64,000 nt of DNA from Escherichia coli O157 typing phage 15, in the sequence record KP869113; one strand, 5' to 3'. Positions within the stretch are counted from its first letter, which is position 1; the number at the start of each line of letters is the position of its first letter. A model generated the notes under the pieces. The model was not told the origin of the DNA, did not search any database, and was given only the letters and a program-made list of their open reading frames with translations. Shown here one piece after another: positions 46,062 to 57,342 of this stretch. The translations under genes and the position numbers were made by a program.

Positions 46062-46919
46062 TTAGTCTTCTGTATCGAAGTCTTCATCTTCTTCGTCATC
46101 TGGGTCTGGCAAATCTTCGTCATCGCCATCATCAGAATCATTCGAAGATTTATGGTCTGTTGCGTCTTCTTCAGTGATTTCACCGTTATCTTCGACACCA
46201 TCAAGACCAAGCATAGCCAGTTCGTCTTCATCCAGTTCAGGTTCACCGTTAGCACCGTTACCACCAGTGTAAGGTACAAGAGTATCAATGATAAACTGTT
46301 CCTGAATAGGTTTTGTCAGAACATTGTTCTCAAAAGTGTAGAAGTGAGTAGAAAGAATCACGCTACCAAAAGAACCGTTACCAACTGCAATATCTGGATG
46401 AATTACATCATAGTTCTTATCATCTTCATGTTTGTCAGATGCTTGAGCTTTGATTTTCTTCATCGGCTGCTTAACAGCTACACGCTTACCATTTACTTCT
46501 TCAATCAGCATTACAGGGAATGACTGTTTAGCTGTCCATACAGCACCATCTTTATAAGCTGCTGCACGACTTACTTTCAAGATGTAGTAAGTGTCTGCTT
46601 CAAATGGTGGTTTGCAACCAAACTTCTCTTCGAAGTCATCTGCATCAACTGCTTCAGTAGTAACTTTATCCCAACCTTCTGGGTTTTTCTTAGACTTAGT
46701 AAACTCTTTAAACAGCTTGTTACCATCTTCTGCCAGAATTGAAACGCTGTAGTTACAGTCTTTGCCTGGGAATTTCTTATCAATAGACTTACCTTTTCCC
46801 GGACGTGGTGAAGTATTCAGGTAATAAAACCATACATCTTTCAGCAGGTAACGCAGAGTTTGACGTTCAGTACCGTTGTACTTCTCTACCGGAGCTTTCA
46901 TTTTAACAACTTTAGACAT
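46062..46919 (-). CDS. putative ssDNA-binding protein with acidic C-terminal tail
   Basis: 285-aa ORF ending DEDLPDPDDEEDEDFDTED, like T7 gp2.5-type SSB tails. Confidence 0.4.
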   Translation of the reverse strand: MSKVVKMKAPVEKYNGTERQTLRYLLKDVWFYYLNTSPRPGKGKSIDKKFPGKDCNYSVSILAEDGNKLFKEFTKSKKNPEGWDKVTTEAVDADDFEEKFGCKPPFEADTYYILKVSRAAAYKDGAVWTAKQSFPVMLIEEVNGKRVAVKQPMKKIKAQASDKHEDDKNYDVIHPDIAVGNGSFGSVILSTHFYTFENNVLTKPIQEQFIIDTLVPYTGGNGANGEPELDEDELAMLGLDGVEDNGEITEEDATDHKSSNDSDDGDDEDLPDPDDEEDEDFDTED

Positions 46920-47137
46920 TATTTAAACCTCTATCTCAATTTATGAAGAGTACCAATTCTAGTTTGTTGATACTCTATTGTCAAACACTAATTACTGGAA
47001 GTTGTGCTTATCTTTAGAAGCTGCTTTACGTGCAGTTTTTCCAGTTCTTACACGTTTTTCTTCATAGTATTTTGCTGGTTTTCCAGCAGTGGCTTTTAAG
47101 GAATCCCCAAAAACTTTTTCAAATGCTTTAGAGTGTT

Positions 47138-47431
47138 TCATGATATTCTCCGATATACTTGATATTCAAACACATTTTCTTTCATTATAAACAGCCAACC
47201 AATATTATGCTGAGGTATAGTAATAGTGACTGTGATAATACTGTGATGGAACTTTTCTTCTACCTCAACACCTCCATCACATTTCATGTAGAGCATTCTA
47301 TAGAACCTATCAACCTTTGTCAAACACTCTTCCTGAAATTTATTTAAACTTTTTTCTTCAAAGAAGGGTGTGAACCCCTCTCTTTTATAACTATCACTCA
47401 GTTTCGAATGGGCAGTCATCTGCATCCTCAC
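47138..47431 (-). CDS. hypothetical protein
   Basis: 97-aa ORF. Confidence 0.35.
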   Translation of the reverse strand: MRMQMTAHSKLSDSYKREGFTPFFEEKSLNKFQEECLTKVDRFYRMLYMKCDGGVEVEEKFHHSIITVTITIPQHNIGWLFIMKENVFEYQVYRRIS

Positions 47432-49385
47432 TTAATACAGGTGGAATCGTTGAGCTTTGACGCTGCTCTTCAGTATAGACTTCACCAGTCTCACGGTCAA
47501 ACACTTCATCCTCATAATGTGGCAAAGAGTCATCGTAATGGTCTTCAGCTTCACCAATACCAAACTGTTGGCGAATATTTTCTGCTGCACCATCAATGTC
47601 AACTCCGCAACCAGATGCTTTGATGAGGCGTCCTGTATCTGGATTGTACCAAGTATGACCAGCAATACCCGTTGACTTACCATGACGACGACATTTAGTT
47701 AGCTTGATTTTTGTCAAGTTTTTCTTAACAGGGTCTGGGTCAACCTTGTTACGCATTAACAGAATGTTGTTCATAGAAATCTGGAAATACGCACCAGAGC
47801 CTTTAATATCCTCTTCAGAGATATCCCCACCTTCAGAGTTAGCCTTCTGACCACCTGCACTCTTACGAACGTGACAGACGTTCACTTGTGCATACTGGTA
47901 GCGTTTGCAACGACGCAATAGCTCAGATAAAACTTCCTCTTCATCCGTATCTGAACGTGACAGAGCCAACGTAATAGGGTCAAGAATAATAATCTTGCAG
48001 TCTAAACTGTTAACCAGATAATCAACAAATTCCAGCAAGTTATCTTGGTCAATTGCCCCTTGATGGTCAACGATGTGGATACGACGACCTTTAGACAGTT
48101 CTGCGTGTGCCTCCTTCAATTCATCCCAATCACGTTCGTCATAAGGAATCTCAGAAATCTGCTTGCTCAGGTGGATTGCACAGAGCATCTCCATCAACTC
48201 TTCATAGGTATCTTCAACCGGAATTACACCAATATTGTAATCAGTATCTTTCCAAGCTGAATAAATCATCTCACGAGTGTAAGCTGACTTACCTACTGAA
48301 GATGGTGCTGCAATAGTTGTAATCTCACCCAAACCATAACCACCGTAAGTCAGTCTGTTCAAATCCCCGAAAGATTCTGGGAAAGGAATCAATGGAATCT
48401 GACCACGATTCTTCATTGCCTCAAAACCATCTGCAAAGTTCTTGATACCAGCAGGACAGTAACGAGGTGCGTTGTAGATACGCTGCTTAAATCCTTCCAG
48501 AACTGTGTCTTTCTCTTTATAGAACTTTGTCCACCATTCGTTAAGGTCTTTTACACCCTCTGGATACTGGAATAAACGAACCTTCTCAATAGGTAAGATA
48601 CCAGCAGCCTCTTTGGTAGCTTTAGCACCTGCTTCATCGTTATCAAAGCACAAGTAAATTTCATCAAATGATGTGATGTACTGATAGTTATCTTTGATAG
48701 ACTTGATGTTTGCACCTGACGGAACAGATACATGACAGTAATTCTTACGACGAGACTTGTCTTTAATCGCAAGAGAGGTCATATAGATTGCTGTCGCACA
48801 TTCCATCTCACCTTCCCAGATGAATAGACGGTTACCACCTTCTGGAGCAATCCATGAACCGAACATTGCCAGTTCACCTTTAATGTCTCCAACACCACCA
48901 GAAAAGTCTTTTAGCTTACCACGTAGGTGCTCTTTTGGATGGTCTTCTGGGTAACGGTGACGAACACGGTAGCCAACATGTTCTAGCTTACCATCTTCAT
49001 TACGTTTGTAAGTTGGATAGAAGTGCGCATCAATTTCACCGTCACTGTCAATGTCAACCTTGATACCTAAGCGTTCAAGGACTTTTGCAGGAATCTTCCT
49101 ATCTTTCAAGTCCATTGCTTCTAGGTTTTCTTTTACATCGTCTAAATCCATTCCACGGAAAGTACGGTTTTTATTGTCTGAACCAGTAGAATAAGTGCTC
49201 ACGATTTGTCCTTTATCAAAATCCCACTCTGGGAAACCTTTGTTACAACTAAAGCAAGTCATTGAATAAGAATCATCGTCATGATGATAGATTGAACCAG
49301 CATCTGATGAACCACAACGTGGACATGCGCAATGACCAACAAACTGACCAGCCTCTTTCAATTTACGACCTTTAGACATTAGCAC
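47394..49385 (-). CDS. DNA primase-helicase (zinc-ribbon primase plus DnaB-like helicase)
   Basis: 663-aa ORF; N-terminal CPRCGSSD...CFSCN zinc ribbon; Walker A APSSVGKSAYT. Confidence 0.75.
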   Translation of the reverse strand: MLMSKGRKLKEAGQFVGHCACPRCGSSDAGSIYHHDDDSYSMTCFSCNKGFPEWDFDKGQIVSTYSTGSDNKNRTFRGMDLDDVKENLEAMDLKDRKIPAKVLERLGIKVDIDSDGEIDAHFYPTYKRNEDGKLEHVGYRVRHRYPEDHPKEHLRGKLKDFSGGVGDIKGELAMFGSWIAPEGGNRLFIWEGEMECATAIYMTSLAIKDKSRRKNYCHVSVPSGANIKSIKDNYQYITSFDEIYLCFDNDEAGAKATKEAAGILPIEKVRLFQYPEGVKDLNEWWTKFYKEKDTVLEGFKQRIYNAPRYCPAGIKNFADGFEAMKNRGQIPLIPFPESFGDLNRLTYGGYGLGEITTIAAPSSVGKSAYTREMIYSAWKDTDYNIGVIPVEDTYEELMEMLCAIHLSKQISEIPYDERDWDELKEAHAELSKGRRIHIVDHQGAIDQDNLLEFVDYLVNSLDCKIIILDPITLALSRSDTDEEEVLSELLRRCKRYQYAQVNVCHVRKSAGGQKANSEGGDISEEDIKGSGAYFQISMNNILLMRNKVDPDPVKKNLTKIKLTKCRRHGKSTGIAGHTWYNPDTGRLIKASGCGVDIDGAAENIRQQFGIGEAEDHYDDSLPHYEDEVFDRETGEVYTEEQRQSSTIPPVLSEDADDCPFETE

Positions 49386-49749
49386 CTCTTCGTTGTAGTT
49401 CTGCCTTCAATCCATTTTCAATCTTGTCCAGTTCATGAATTTCATCTGCAATCTCTTTCCTTCGTGATTCAACTCTCTTAAGACGTTCAATCATTACCTC
49501 ATTGGAAAGAGATGAGAGTTCCACTAAACGGTGGTCAATAACTTTNNNNNNNNNNNNNNNNNNNNNNNNNNNNNNNNNNNNNNNNNNNNNNNNNNNNNNN
49601 NNNNNNNNNNNNNNNNNNNNNNNNNNNNNNNNNNNNNNNNNNNNNTCAACTCTCTTAAGACGTTCAATCATTACCTCATTGGAAAGAGATGAGAGTTCCA
49701 CTAAACGGTGGTCAATAACTTTAAAATTGTCTTTTACTCTCATCTTCAT
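49372..49749 (-). CDS. hypothetical coiled-coil protein (interrupted by artefactual gap)
   Basis: ORF spans N run 49546-49645 whose flanks are identical, so the true protein is shorter than listed. Confidence 0.3.
   Translation of the reverse strand: MKMRVKDNFKVIDHRLVELSSLSNEVMIERLKRVXXXXXXXXXXXXXXXXXXXXXXXXXXXXXXXXXXKVIDHRLVELSSLSNEVMIERLKRVESRRKEIADEIHELDKIENGLKAELQRRGANV
49546..49645. other. assembly gap (100 N) flanked by identical 76-bp sequence
   Basis: 49470-49545 equals 49646-49721. Confidence 0.95.
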
Positions 49750-49757
49750 TATCTCTT

Positions 49758-50501
49758 TTAAACTTTAATGATGGCTCTTAGCTTGTTCTCAAGGTCTGCA
49801 AGAGTACCATTATTATGAATAATGTCACGCTCATATTTTGTAGAAATCCCATTTTCTGAAACATGTGATGAAACCTTGTCCACATTGTCTCTTTTTACTT
49901 CAATAGTTTGGTGTGCAAATCTACTCAGCCATTCAGCTTCAGAGTCAAATCTTAAATCACTGATTAAGACAAAACCATATTGATTTCTAAGTGAGCACAT
50001 TTCATGGAATCTAACCATTCTTTTTTCAAGGTCTTTAGACCAGAACTTGTCGCCCATTACTTTACGGACAACTTCAGTACCCCAAATCTGTTGAATTTGT
50101 CTTGATGAGAATTTATACTTTTTACTAAATCCCAGACGTGTTAATAGGGTAGGTTTAGCAACCTTCTTAAGCTCCATGATTAATCGTCCGGTTAACTCTG
50201 ACATAAGCTTGAAGTCCATATGGTAACGTTCATCTCTGAAGGTGAACTCCATAGCTTCCGTAACTTTAAACATCAGTTCAGGATATGATAAGTCAAATAC
50301 TTGTGGAGTCTCTTTAGTTTCACCATACAGGTCATTCCAAGTCAGGTCAAATATCTTTGATGCAGACAGTTTAAGGTTGTCTGCAAAGGCCATTACAGCA
50401 ACATTGTAGCCGTACTCATCCTCTAAGATGTTCTTCACAATAGAACATGAGGTGTCTTTTCCAGAACGTGCCTTTCCAGTAAATGCGATAATATTACTCA
50501 T
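49758..50501 (-). CDS. deoxynucleoside monophosphate kinase-like protein
   Basis: N-terminal IAFTGKARSGKDT P-loop resembles T4 gp1 dNMP kinase. Confidence 0.55.
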   Translation of the reverse strand: MSNIIAFTGKARSGKDTSCSIVKNILEDEYGYNVAVMAFADNLKLSASKIFDLTWNDLYGETKETPQVFDLSYPELMFKVTEAMEFTFRDERYHMDFKLMSELTGRLIMELKKVAKPTLLTRLGFSKKYKFSSRQIQQIWGTEVVRKVMGDKFWSKDLEKRMVRFHEMCSLRNQYGFVLISDLRFDSEAEWLSRFAHQTIEVKRDNVDKVSSHVSENGISTKYERDIIHNNGTLADLENKLRAIIKV

Positions 50502-50562
50502 TTTATCTCCCTTAATTACTAAAAAGCCCCCAACTAAGGAGGCTTGTAAGATTTATAAAGAC

Positions 50563-51363
50563 TTAGTGCAGTTGCTCAGCAGACTCTTTTTCAGCCATAG
50601 CTGAGATTTGCTTCACAAAATCATCACCGAAGTTAATGCGTAGTTTCTCTTCAATGATTGAAGCACCGATGTTCACCAAAACATCATTGATTGCTTGCAT
50701 ACTAACGCCACCAGTCATCTCTTCAATGAACTCAATACTTACACCCATCATCTGTGAAAGTTGGATTAGTGCAACGATATTCATCATCGTAGAGATAGCT
50801 GGAATCATCAGTGCAACTTTCACCTGAAGAGGTTCTATATCAGCTACAGAGTCATTTTCAACAGCTTCTTCCAAAGACTCTTTAGTTTGCTGGATAATTT
50901 CTTTGATTCGTGGGCTTAACTCTTCTACGCCCCAATCAAGTTTTTCATATCGTGAAAGTTTCTCTTCCATGCGCTTCTCAAGAACTGCCATAACAGCACT
51001 TGTTGATGAGATTAGTGTGTCAATAAGGAAATCAGTATCCTTAGTCAGCAATAGTTCCTTTTCTTCATCTGACATCCTGATATAGTCATTCTTTTGCATT
51101 TCATAAAAAATGAACTCTGCAAGCGCATCAACACCGACTGCAATAGATGCAAGGGCAAGTGTAGTATCTGACAACATCATATTAACCTGCTCTGCAAAAG
51201 CACCGTTATCAGTTTTATCTTCAGGCAAGTTATAGCTTTTTGGCATAAACTGTTCTGTATAGTTATTTCCACGAAGAATCATAGCCATGCTTTCTACAGC
51301 ATTGATTAAAAATGCTTCATCAATACCTTTTTCTTTAAGCATTTGGTCTACAGTAGTATTCAT
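50563..51363 (-). CDS. hypothetical protein
   Basis: 266-aa ORF. Confidence 0.45.
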   Translation of the reverse strand: MNTTVDQMLKEKGIDEAFLINAVESMAMILRGNNYTEQFMPKSYNLPEDKTDNGAFAEQVNMMLSDTTLALASIAVGVDALAEFIFYEMQKNDYIRMSDEEKELLLTKDTDFLIDTLISSTSAVMAVLEKRMEEKLSRYEKLDWGVEELSPRIKEIIQQTKESLEEAVENDSVADIEPLQVKVALMIPAISTMMNIVALIQLSQMMGVSIEFIEEMTGGVSMQAINDVLVNIGASIIEEKLRINFGDDFVKQISAMAEKESAEQLH

Positions 51364-51364
51364 A

Positions 51365-51964
51365 TTATTTCTCTCTCAGTTGGTTAAGTTTCTTTCTAGA
51401 GCATTTTAAGTTTTCAGATGAAGAAAAGTCAAGTGTCTTTTCAGAACGTGGATAGTAATGCCTGTCCCAAGAAGTTTCAACATCGTTAATCAGTGATGCT
51501 AGATTACACAGGTCTGTACCACTTTGCAACCTCTTTTTAAGAGAATCTAGTAAAGCAACTGTATCTTTAGCTTTACGTCTAGCTATAGCAACGTCTTTCA
51601 TATGCTCGAACACAGAGCATTTTAAGTCATCTTCATAGTCTTCTGATAACTCTATTTCATGTTGTATATCAACCATTCTCCTGTGATGGTGAGCATATTC
51701 CCGTTGAGCAGCAATGTCAAGTTCNNNNNNNNNNNNNNNNNNNNNNNNNNNNNNNNNNNNNNNNNNNNNNNNNNNNNNNNNNNNNNNNNNNNNNNNNNNN
51801 NNNNNNNNNNNNNNNNNNNNNNNNAACTCTATTTCATGTTGTATATCAACCATTCTCCTGTGATGGTGAGCATATTCCCGTTGAGCAGCAATGTCAAGTT
51901 CTTCCAACTTCTGCAAAGCTCTAACAAAGTCAGCTATGTCTGGGTGAACAAACATTTTCTGCAT
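51365..51964 (-). CDS. hypothetical protein (interrupted by artefactual gap)
   Basis: ORF spans N run 51725-51824 with duplicated flanks. Confidence 0.3.
   Translation of the reverse strand: MQKMFVHPDIADFVRALQKLEELDIAAQREYAHHHRRMVDIQHEIEXXXXXXXXXXXXXXXXXXXXXXXXXXXXXXXXXXELDIAAQREYAHHHRRMVDIQHEIELSEDYEDDLKCSVFEHMKDVAIARRKAKDTVALLDSLKKRLQSGTDLCNLASLINDVETSWDRHYYPRSEKTLDFSSSENLKCSRKKLNQLREK
51725..51824. other. assembly gap (100 N) flanked by identical 76-bp sequence
   Basis: 51649-51724 equals 51825-51900. Confidence 0.95.
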
Positions 51965-52130
51965 GTAAGCCTCTTTTAAGTAACTATTAAGTTTTAATCT
52001 TTTATCTTAACGTATTCTATACGTTATACTTTAAAGCTTTTTAAAAGCTATTAAATAATCTTTTAAGAGTTTTAAAGTATCTGTATAGTTAAACTGTTAA
52101 GTAACCTTTTAAGTAAAAACCCACTTCGCA

Positions 52131-52152
52131 AAGATTAACACCTTGTCAAGTA
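52131..52152 (+). promoter_or_regulatory. conserved motif ccTTGTCAAGTACATTGTCAAc upstream of DNA polymerase gene
   Basis: same motif as 7005-7026; followed by tataat-like box. Confidence 0.4.
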
Positions 52153-52221
52153 CATTGTCAACTTGCTTTTTATAATTTTTTGCAGTAATGTATGAGGTTA
52201 ATGATTTTAGAGGGAGTAAAA

Positions 52222-54845
52222 ATGGAAAACGTAGATTTTAAAAACTTACATTTAGTTGGTGATACAGAAACTGATGGTTTACTCCTTGAGTTCACTAAAG
52301 TTCACGTAATGGCTTTCGCAGACTACAAATCTGACGACGAAGAACCACCAGTATGGGTCTTTACTGATGAGCCTATTCTCGGTCACAAGTACACTAAGTA
52401 CATCAAGGGTGGATTACGTGAAGGTATTGAGTTTGCGTTGAAGGCAAAACGACTTTGTATCCATAATGGTCTCGGTTATGACTGGTGGGTTTTCAATCAC
52501 ATTGCACCGGATTTATGGAACTTTGATAATCCAAAGTGTAAGCCATGGAGTAATTTCTTTCAGGATTCTCTTATCCAGTCTCGTGTTCAGTGGATGGATA
52601 GACCAACTCCAAAGGGTTATAAAGGCGCTCATGGCTTGGCTGCATGGGGTGCTCGTGTTGGTGTTCGTAAACCAGAGATTGAACATTGGGGTGTGTGGAA
52701 TGCAGAAATCTTCACTCGTGTTGTAGAAGATATCCGTATTAACGCCAAAACTAAACGGGCACTTGATAACGAGTATCTCAAGCTTAAGAAGTGTGGTATA
52801 GACACTTATGAAACTTACATGCGAGCTAAAGAGACATCTTTCTGGATGAGCCAACAAGCTATCAATGGTTGGAAAGCTGATAAGGAGCTTATGGAGTTCC
52901 ATGTAAAGGAGCTTGACAAATTGACTAATGAACTTGCTTCAGAGGTTGAACCACATCTACCTCCAACTATTAAGACCAAAGGTAAAGTCACTGGAGAAGA
53001 GTTTGCAAAAGCTTGGAATGAGTATGTTGAAACATTCGGTCATGCAGATGGACTGAAGAGAATTACCAAGTACCCTAAAACAAAGTATCGTCAACAGGTA
53101 CGTAACGGTGAGATGCAGACATACGAAATCAAGCCATTTGGTAAGCCAACTACAAAGATTTTTAACATTGAAAAGAGAAATTGCTATACACCAACCAACT
53201 CTGTAACTGGTGAAGAGTACAAGGAAGGCTTTGTAGCAATGAAGGATGCTCGTGCAATTTGCAATGAGTTGAACGCAAAGATTGGTAAGAAATGCAAAGA
53301 CTGGAAGCCAGTAAAAACAGTCAAAACTGTGAAGTACTATAATAGCCACGTTGTTAACCACTTTGAGCTTGAGTCGAGTCGCTACACAGGTTTGATTGAT
53401 GCACCATATACACCAATTGAGTTTGAAGTTTCTCGTATGACTCAGGTAGCAGTTGTTAAAGACTACTTGAAATCAGTTGGTTGGATTCCAGATGACTGGA
53501 ACTACAAGAAAGACTCAGATGGTCGCCCTGTCAAAGTTTGTCGTTTCAAAGACAATAAAAAGATGATTACAAAGCATCCTAAGTGGCAGGAAATGGTTGA
53601 GCGGTGTGGTTTGAGCTATGTTGAGCATGAAGGTGTACAGTACATTGAGCATAACTGGTCTGTGAAGAAATACACAGATTTGCTTGAGCCTTGCTTAATC
53701 CGTACTTCACCAAAACTTACTGAATCATCTTATGATACGATTGAAGGTGAGCTTGGACAGAAGATTGCTAAGTACTACACTTTGATGCACAGACGCAGAA
53801 CTATTGAGAACTCAAAGGATGACGAGAAAGGTTGGCTGAACCAGATTCGTCCAGATGGTCGCCTTAGTGCTGGTGCAATGGTATTTGGTACTTCAACTGG
53901 ACGTATGACACAATATGGTATTGTAAACGTACCGTCTGGTGCGGCTGTCTATGGGGAACCAATGAGGGCAGTGTGGATTTGTGAAGAAGGTACTAATGTT
54001 GTCTCTGTAGACATGAACTCAGCCCAGCTAGTTCTCCTTTGTAACTTTATGGGTGACAAAGACTTCACCAAAGCGGTAACGCAAGGTAAAGAAGAGATTG
54101 AGTTTATTCGTCAAGAAGATGGACGCTATTACTGCAAACATTTTGATGAGTACCTAAACCCAGAAATTGATAAGTACCTTCGCTATGACTCTGAGAATGA
54201 CCTGTACGTTGTCTATTCAGGGACTGATGCACATACACTGAACAGTATTTACTTTAGCTTGAATGATGAGCAGGATATCTTGACTTGTCGAGCTACTCAG
54301 GATGAGAATCTTCTTCATGAGATTAGCAAAGGTCGTAAGAAAGCTAAGAATGGTATCTATGCACTACTGTTCGGTGCAGGTGATGAAAAGTTTGCTAAAA
54401 CTATTAAGGCAGCCACTACTCAGGAAGGTGCATTAACTAAACAGACTTACTTTGTGCGTTTGCCAAAGATTAAGAAACTATTAGATAACTTGGAAGCTGA
54501 CTACAAAGCAACTAAGAAGGCACTTGAAGAGGTGTTTGGTAAGACCGCTGCAATCTCTAAAGGGGGCTTCGTAAAGGTTGCTGGAGCTTGGTTGTGGTGT
54601 AAATCTCCACACAAACTGTTGAACTACCTTTTGATGGGTTCAGAGGCTCAGATTCAAAATGAGGCAATCAACCTTGCTTGTCGTCGTATGATTGACGAAG
54701 GTTTGATGAAATTGAATGGTCGTCAACCAGCTATTGGTGCTCGTTTGCTCTGCGCATATCACGATGAAACAAGTTGGGAATGTCCAGAAAGTATGACGGC
54801 AGAAGTGAAAGCAGTTACTGACTGGTATTATGGACAAGCTTCTAA
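52222..54845 (+). CDS. DNA polymerase, family A (3' end cut by scaffold gap; C-terminus at 59745-59897)
   Basis: start at ATG with GGGAG RBS; family-A motif C region YHDETSWECPE; last 76 nt before the gap are identical to 59745-59820. Confidence 0.8.
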
Positions 54846-55817
54846 NNNNNNNNNNNNNNNNNNNNNNNNNNNNNNNNNNNNNNNNNNNNNNNNNNNNNNN
54901 NNNNNNNNNNNNNNNNNNNNNNNNNNNNNNNNNNNNNNNNNNNNNNNNNNNNNNNNNNNNNNNNNNNNNNNNNNNNNNNNNNNNNNNNNNNNNNNNNNNN
55001 NNNNNNNNNNNNNNNNNNNNNNNNNNNNNNNNNNNNNNNNNNNNNNNNNNNNNNNNNNNNNNNNNNNNNNNNNNNNNNNNNNNNNNNNNNNNNNNNNNNN
55101 NNNNNNNNNNNNNNNNNNNNNNNNNNNNNNNNNNNNNNNNNNNNNNNNNNNNNNNNNNNNNNNNNNNNNNNNNNNNNNNNNNNNNNNNNNNNNNNNNNNN
55201 NNNNNNNNNNNNNNNNNNNNNNNNNNNNNNNNNNNNNNNNNNNNNNNNNNNNNNNNNNNNNNNNNNNNNNNNNNNNNNNNNNNNNNNNNNNNNNNNNNNN
55301 NNNNNNNNNNNNNNNNNNNNNNNNNNNNNNNNNNNNNNNNNNNNNNNNNNNNNNNNNNNNNNNNNNNNNNNNNNNNNNNNNNNNNNNNNNNNNNNNNNNN
55401 NNNNNNNNNNNNNNNNNNNNNNNNNNNNNNNNNNNNNNNNNNNNNNNNNNNNNNNNNNNNNNNNNNNNNNNNNNNNNNNNNNNNNNNNNNNNNNNNNNNN
55501 NNNNNNNNNNNNNNNNNNNNNNNNNNNNNNNNNNNNNNNNNNNNNNNNNNNNNNNNNNNNNNNNNNNNNNNNNNNNNNNNNNNNNNNNNNNNNNNNNNNN
55601 NNNNNNNNNNNNNNNNNNNNNNNNNNNNNNNNNNNNNNNNNNNNNNNNNNNNNNNNNNNNNNNNNNNNNNNNNNNNNNNNNNNNNNNNNNNNNNNNNNNN
55701 NNNNNNNNNNNNNNNNNNNNNNNNNNNNNNNNNNNNNNNNNNNNNNNNNNNNNNNNNNNNNNNNNNNNNNNNNNNNNNNNNNNNNNNNNNNNNNNNNNNN
55801 NNNNNNNNNNNNNNNNN
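54846..55817. other. assembly gap (972 N)
   Basis: run of n; left flank duplicated at 59745, right flank duplicated at 60718. Confidence 0.99.
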
Positions 55818-55885
55818 ATCATTCATAAGTTTGATGTTGCTGGTGATGTTCAAGTTATCGACGTAGAGATTGGTGGTAAGAGAAA

Positions 55886-56053
55886 ATGAAACCTAAGCAA
55901 ACAATGACAGATGCAACCTTCACAGTGCGCAGTTTCGAAAGGTTGCACATCAAAGATGCAAAAGATACACCGAAATGCGTTGTACATTTCATTAAAAGGT
56001 TTAGCGACAGGTCTTATATGAAATCTGACACAGGTGAGAGTACAAATGGATAA
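55886..56053 (+). CDS. hypothetical small protein
   Basis: 55-aa ORF starting at the ATGA overlap with the previous gene's stop. Confidence 0.3.
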   Translation: MKPKQTMTDATFTVRSFERLHIKDAKDTPKCVVHFIKRFSDRSYMKSDTGESTNG

Positions 56054-56264
56054 AGATAACAAATATAATAACGCCGTCCTTACAGAAGAGGGTGAGCTTG
56101 AAACATTCATTCTTCGTGTTGATGGTAAGTTATTCCGGTGTCGTTGTGGGTCAAACTGTTTCCATAAACCAGATAAAAATGACTTAGAGCTTTACGCATG
56201 TAATGCTTGTGACACTTGGTATCACTCAGAGGTTAAAAATGACAATTCTGTACAAACAAAATAA
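56046..56264 (+). CDS. small Cys-rich zinc-finger-like protein
   Basis: CRCGSNC...CNACDTWYH cysteine pairs. Confidence 0.4.
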   Translation: MDKDNKYNNAVLTEEGELETFILRVDGKLFRCRCGSNCFHKPDKNDLELYACNACDTWYHSEVKNDNSVQTK

Positions 56265-57339
56265 AGATGGTTCCTTCAACGTCTGGTCATGTGTTGCTGT
56301 AGGTGACAAAGTTATCACAACCTATGGTAAAGAAAATGGCAAGATGATGTTTGAAGAGTACACAGCAGAGCCTAAGAACATCGGTAAAAAGAATGAGCGT
56401 AACGCTGAACAGCAAGCTCTCTTTGAAGTTTCTGCTAAGTATAAGAAACAAGTAGACCGTAAAGGTTACGCTTACACAAAAGAGTCTGCACAGAATACTG
56501 AGAAGGTAGGTGTACAGCTTGCTCATGATGCTGCAAAGGTTAGCCATGCAAAGTATCTGAAGTTCCCTGCTGATGCTCAACCAAAACTTGATGGTGTCCG
56601 TTGTAGAATTTCAAGAGGTGATGATTCAGTTAGTTTCACGGCTTATTCTCGTGAGAATACTGTTTATAAAATACCTACTGAGCTAACACCTGACATTATG
56701 ACTATGTTAAGACTCCATGCAGACGTTGATGAGTTTGACGGGGAGGTTTATGCTCATGGGTGGGACTTAGAAGATATTGTCTCCATGATTAAAAATGAAG
56801 ACAACCCAGACAGACATCTTCTTAAGTTTTACTGGTATGACATCTGTGATAGCACTAAGACGTGGCCTGAACGTAGGGATATTATTGAGACTTCACCATT
56901 GAATGACTTGGGAGATGGCTGTAAAGTTGTCCCTGTTAAGTCTCGTCGTGTAAACTCTTGGGAAGAATTTGATGAAGCTCATGATAAGTGGGTTGAAGTT
57001 AAGTTTGAAGGTGCAATGTACCGTTCAATCTCTGAAGACTCCTTCTATGAGTGTTGTCACCGTTCATACTTCTTGATTAAGCACAAGAAGATGCACACTG
57101 AAGAGTTTAAAGTGACTGGTGTAAAGACTGATAAACGTGGTCATGGTAAGTTCGTTGTAGAGACTCTTCCTAACGTCTTTGTAGATGTCTCATGGAAGAC
57201 TACTCATGAGAAGAAACAGTACCTTGCTGAGCATCCTGATGAGTTTATCGGGAAACCTTTAACGGTTCAGTTCCAGAAGATGACTCGTAAGGGTTCTTTA
57301 CAGTTTCCTGTAGGGCTAGTTATTAGGGATTATGAGTAA
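56236..57339 (+). CDS. ATP-dependent DNA ligase
   Basis: KLDGVRC (KxDG adenylation motif I); start set to MTILYKQ with GAGG RBS. Confidence 0.75.
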   Translation, partial: KMTILYKQNKDGSFNVWSCVAVGDKVITTYGKENGKMMFEEYTAEPKNIGKKNERNAEQQALFEVSAKYKKQVDRKGYAYTKESAQNTEKVGVQLAHDAAKVSHAKYLKFPADAQPKLDGVRCRISRGDDSVSFTAYSRENTVYKIPTELTPDIMTMLRLHADVDEFDGEVYAHGWDLEDIVSMIKNEDNPDRHLLKFYWYDICDSTKTWPERRDIIETSPLNDLGDGCKVVPVKSRRVNSWEEFDEAHDKWVEVKFEGAMYRSISEDSFYECCHRSYFLIKHKKMHTEEFKVTGVKTDKRGHGKFVVETLPNVFVDVSWKTTHEKKQYLAEHPDEFIGKPLTVQFQKMTRKGSLQFPVGLVIRDYE

Positions 57340-57342
57340 ACT

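Noticed and set aside
46055-46783. ORFs 46055..46288, 46152..46523 and 46577..46783 overlapping the SSB-like gene
   Set aside because: Alternative-frame or antisense to a longer ORF with a clear RBS and acidic-tail domain.
54828-55853. ORFs 54828..55853 (-), 54830..55828 (+) and 54842..55822 (-) made of X residues
   Set aside because: Translations of the 972-N gap.
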